This document shows positions 26,704 through 29,505 of a stretch of 29,505 bases of DNA, one piece after another (position 1 is the stretch's first letter; every line of letters starts with the position of its first letter). Under the pieces are notes generated by a model. It did not search any database and was not told the DNA's origin. It worked only from the letters and a program-made list of their open reading frames with translations. Origin of the DNA: Candidatus Heimdallarchaeota archaeon (GTDB lineage: Archaea > Asgardarchaeota > Heimdallarchaeia > Hodarchaeales > Hodarchaeaceae). Location: positions 1-29,505 of the forward strand of contig JBHLSH010000050.1 of NCBI GenBank assembly GCA_048881705.1, written 5' to 3'. Position numbers and translations under genes: made by a program.

Positions 26704-27084
26704 ATGGAAAACCTAAAAGAATATTTTCAAATGTTAGCAAACCTATCGCAAGATGAAGCTAAGTCTCAAATTGCTGAAACCGTCAGTAGTATGGGTACAA
26801 TGTCAGAGAATGAACGAATGGCCCAGACGAAGGGATTAATAAAAACGCTCTCCGAAATGCCGGAAGAGGTGCACACCAAAATACTTAAGGCGCGGTTAGA
26901 GGCCTTCGCGGACCTATCTGAAGATATCTTGTCACAGATGCTCGAGGATGGAGCCAAAGCTTTTACTGAACTTCCCAATGCAGTCCTAGAGCGGGAGAAA
27001 CGTTTAATGAATAAAGTTCTCCCGGATCTTTCAGATGCCGCGAAACAGCTTGTTCAGAAATCGTTAGAAATGATGGGAGATTAA
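26704..27084 (+). CDS. Alpha-helical repeat protein (six 19-aa repeats), unknown function
   Basis: [LMF]xx[LM][SP][EQND] starts at residues 11, 30, 49, 68, 87 and 106. Confidence 0.8.
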   Translation: MENLKEYFQMLANLSQDEAKSQIAETVSSMGTMSENERMAQTKGLIKTLSEMPEEVHTKILKARLEAFADLSEDILSQMLEDGAKAFTELPNAVLEREKRLMNKVLPDLSDAAKQLVQKSLEMMGD

Positions 27085-27085
27085 C

Positions 27086-27116
27086 ACACTAGAGACTCCT
27101 AGATCCGTCCTAGTGT
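27086..27116. terminator. Possible hairpin between convergent genes
   Basis: ACACTAG (27086-27092) ... CTAGTGT (27110-27116), immediately after the stop at 27084. Confidence 0.3.
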
Positions 27117-27158
27117 TATTAATGGAAAAAATAACTCCCCCTCCTCATTACCTTTTAA

Positions 27159-27449
27159 TTATGCTCGAAGGATTCCGATTCCAAACAGTATAACTGCAAG
27201 AAGCTGGAGTCCCTCGTAAATCTCTTTTATCTTTTCGTAAGCCAAGGCAGTTCCTTCAACAAAATAATCAAGCCCTCCGTAAAGACCTGATAGTGCCAGC
27301 GCAAAAAACGCCATTGCAAAAAAGAGGGGTAGATTCTTCCGATTTTTCAGGTAGGAACGAGTCGAAATTAAACCTAGAATTAGATAAACGAAGAAATACC
27401 CTAGTTCGACACTGTTTTCCAGCAGTTCCCAAATTACAAGTTCGGCCAT
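27159..27449 (-). CDS. Small 3-TM membrane protein
   Basis: Start probably ATG 27449 (MAELV), with GGAGGT 6 nt upstream. Three hydrophobic helices; ends YEGLQLLAVILFGIG. Confidence 0.75.
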   Translation of the reverse strand: MAELVIWELLENSVELGYFFVYLILGLISTRSYLKNRKNLPLFFAMAFFALALSGLYGGLDYFVEGTALAYEKIKEIYEGLQLLAVILFGIGILRA

Positions 27450-27451
27450 GA

Positions 27452-27769
27452 TCATACCTCCTGAGGTGCTTTCTTCGATTGACCGTAAATTTCTCGATAT
27501 CCCCATGCAAAGAAAACCGCAGCTAGGAACTGAAAGCTCTCAATGATAGTTTCATACATTTCGTGCGCTGGGGGAAGAAACGTCTCGAGCGTCGGTAGCA
27601 TCGTTCTTACAATCAAGATGACTGCAATTATTATGAAAGAGATAATAAATCTCTTCAATGGCTGGTAATGTGTCTTGTTGTAGATATTCCAAGTCAATAA
27701 AACCAGGCCAATACATCCTACACTAGTTATTATTTGAATAATTGGATGAAAACCCCATGATACTGACAT
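27452..27769 (-). CDS. Small 3-TM membrane protein, paralog of the downstream gene
   Basis: Start probably ATG 27769, with AGGTG just upstream. Three hydrophobic helices; ends IESFQFLAAVFFAWG. Confidence 0.75.
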   Translation of the reverse strand: MSVSWGFHPIIQIITSVGCIGLVLLTWNIYNKTHYQPLKRFIISFIIIAVILIVRTMLPTLETFLPPAHEMYETIIESFQFLAAVFFAWGYREIYGQSKKAPQEV

Positions 27770-27819
27770 TATTAGCACCTGTCTATATTCGTTTGTTGAA
27801 CATTAGTTAGTTTAGTTGA

Positions 27820-28920
27820 TTAGGCAAAAAGATCTCCAAAATCTGGAGCCTGCAATTTTTCAATTTGTGGAATAAATTTTGGCAGATATCGCTTGCTCAG
27901 CTCCAAGATCAAATGTGTTTCAGTGTCAGAATACTGGTGAAGGTATTCCTTAACCTTACTCTCATCATTTAGGCTGAATATACTGGACAAACTGTTTACT
28001 GCCTCTCTAATTTTATCCACGATTAGCTCGATGTTATCAAGCATTTGGGTCTCGCTCTTGGATTTTCTAAGCGTCTTTAGCAAAGATTTGAGGAATTTAT
28101 CCTTGTTTTCACGACTAATCGTTCGTTTATCGATATCTATAACAAGGACTCTATTTTCATCATAAAGATGGACTAGCTCTCTCGATATTCCAATAATCCT
28201 GGCGTTTTTTGGATCCACATATGTCGTACTATATTCGATGTGATTTTTGGGGGGAAACAGAGTGAAAAGTCTTAATCCACGTACGACGTGGGATACGAGC
28301 AGTTCCTGTCCCATGACAATGATAGTATCATCAGCAAGCGCTGAAAAAATGGCAGCCTCCAAATTCTTACTAAATGATCCGATAAGAAAGTTGATTGAAC
28401 CATCCTTAAGGTAAGGATCCCCCTTCGTACCCCTCGAGATATCATACTCGGGTAAACTGGAATATGATGAGCTAATTGATCCGAAACTGGCAATCTCGGA
28501 TTCTAAATCCTTTGTAAAAACTATATCATTGGTTGAAGATTTAAACAGCTGTTTAATAATCTCACGGGAAAGCTCCTCAGCCTGCATTTTCAATAAATTT
28601 ATTTTTCCGTACAATTGTTCTTCTTCTGAACTCTCAACCACATAGTTTAACGAAGCTATTCTTCTCTTGCCCGTGATTTCAGGATTTGTTCCTTCAATGG
28701 AAAAAATATATACATAAGCAATTTTATCTGTTTCTGGAAGAGGAAGGACCGCATCGAGAGCTGAAAATACTTCCCCACCACTTACATCCAGAGTTATACG
28801 ACTTTTTAACGCAATTTTATTGGCCAAGCTATCATTTGCCTTATTAGTCGAAAAGATTGGCATTGGCCCTTGCTGGATATCAAAAACTGAAAGGAAAACC
28901 TCTGGGGATGACATTTCCAT
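27820..28920 (-). CDS. Longin/DENN-like domain protein (eukaryotic signature protein candidate)
   Basis: N-terminal VFLSVFDIQQGPMPI and AYVYIFSIEG...RRIASLNYVV (uDENN/longin-like). C-terminal DTIIVMG...VSHVVRGLRLF and IIGI...VLVIDIDKRTI (cDENN/dDENN-like). Start taken as ATG 28920 or 28914, not the track start 29025. Confidence 0.62.
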   Translation of the reverse strand: MEMSSPEVFLSVFDIQQGPMPIFSTNKANDSLANKIALKSRITLDVSGGEVFSALDAVLPLPETDKIAYVYIFSIEGTNPEITGKRRIASLNYVVESSEEEQLYGKINLLKMQAEELSREIIKQLFKSSTNDIVFTKDLESEIASFGSISSSYSSLPEYDISRGTKGDPYLKDGSINFLIGSFSKNLEAAIFSALADDTIIVMGQELLVSHVVRGLRLFTLFPPKNHIEYSTTYVDPKNARIIGISRELVHLYDENRVLVIDIDKRTISRENKDKFLKSLLKTLRKSKSETQMLDNIELIVDKIREAVNSLSSIFSLNDESKVKEYLHQYSDTETHLILELSKRYLPKFIPQIEKLQAPDFGDLFA

Positions 28921-29505
28921 AACCTTGGAGCAAATGCTAATTTTGATGCGAGTTTCGTTATTCGAAGTAAATATAGGTCCGCAATTTTTGAGGTTATCTC
29001 GATAAACTTTCCACATTTTCCACATTTAAAAATTTTCAAATAGATAACAATTGATATCTAAGACAAAATCCCGCGGAACCCTTTATCTGCACCAATTGGG
29101 ATCTGGTTGCTCCAAAAGCAGCATATCAATGAAATCACGAGCTAGAATACGGAAAGAACCAAACGTCTCTCCCTTCTAAGAAAAAACCTCAATTTTGGAA
29201 ACAACCTTCCCTTTCAGGTAGAATATTTGTGAAATTGTCCATTAAATCGGGCGGAAGGGGTTTATCTTGGCTATAGATTAAAAGGTAGATTCTTAAGCAA
29301 TATCGCCCTGTTTTATTGCGGAAACCACATTCCCCATTTTTTGCCCCAACCAACCTGGATTTGAGTAGCTTGATTCAAAAAATAGGGGAAATCCTCTATT
29401 TAATTACACAGAATACTTTAGATAACAGCGGTTTTGATACCAAAATGACCCACCCATAAAGAAATGGCTCGTACTGTGATTTTCGATTCTTAGGTGTGAT
29501 TTATT

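Noticed and set aside
28921-29025. Track's 35-aa N-terminal extension of the DENN-like protein
   Set aside because: The longin-like first strand begins just after ATG 28920/28914, and the extension looks like non-coding read-through.
29464-29505. Possible gene start at the window end (ATGGCTCGT...)
   Set aside because: Only 14 codons are visible; it cannot be evaluated.
1-29505. Mobile elements, CRISPR arrays, rRNA
   Set aside because: No transposase or integrase motifs, terminal inverted repeats, repeat-spacer arrays or rRNA-like sequence were seen.

Overview
Gene-dense, AT-rich window from an archaeon, most likely an Asgard archaeon such as Heimdallarchaeia. This is an inference from several BRE+TATA promoters about 26 nt upstream of start codons, a TrmB regulator, a single-OB SSB, PGF-CTERM-like anchors, an LRR protein and a longin/DENN-like protein. 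About 30 CDSs, mostly accessory metabolic enzymes: 4-hydroxybutyryl-CoA dehydratase, CBS, GNAT, serine hydrolase, PLD-like, IMPase, YaaA-like, F420-type LLM, PHP, SDR, TesB-like thioesterase, ICMT-family, BBE-like FAD oxidoreductase and alpha/beta hydrolases. The main highlight is a minus-strand cluster at 22807-26240 encoding DAK2/FakA-like, DegV/FakB-like, PlsY-like and lipase-like proteins. Together they look like a bacterial-type route from free fatty acid to acyl-phosphate to acylated glycerophosphate in an archaeal context, with non-canonical active-site motifs. Nearby are a DENN-like protein followed by two paralogous 3-TM proteins and a protein made of six exact 19-residue repeats. A TPR gene is split by one in-frame TAA. 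No rRNA, tRNA, CRISPR array or transposase was recognised. All assignments are from motif recognition by eye; no database search was run.
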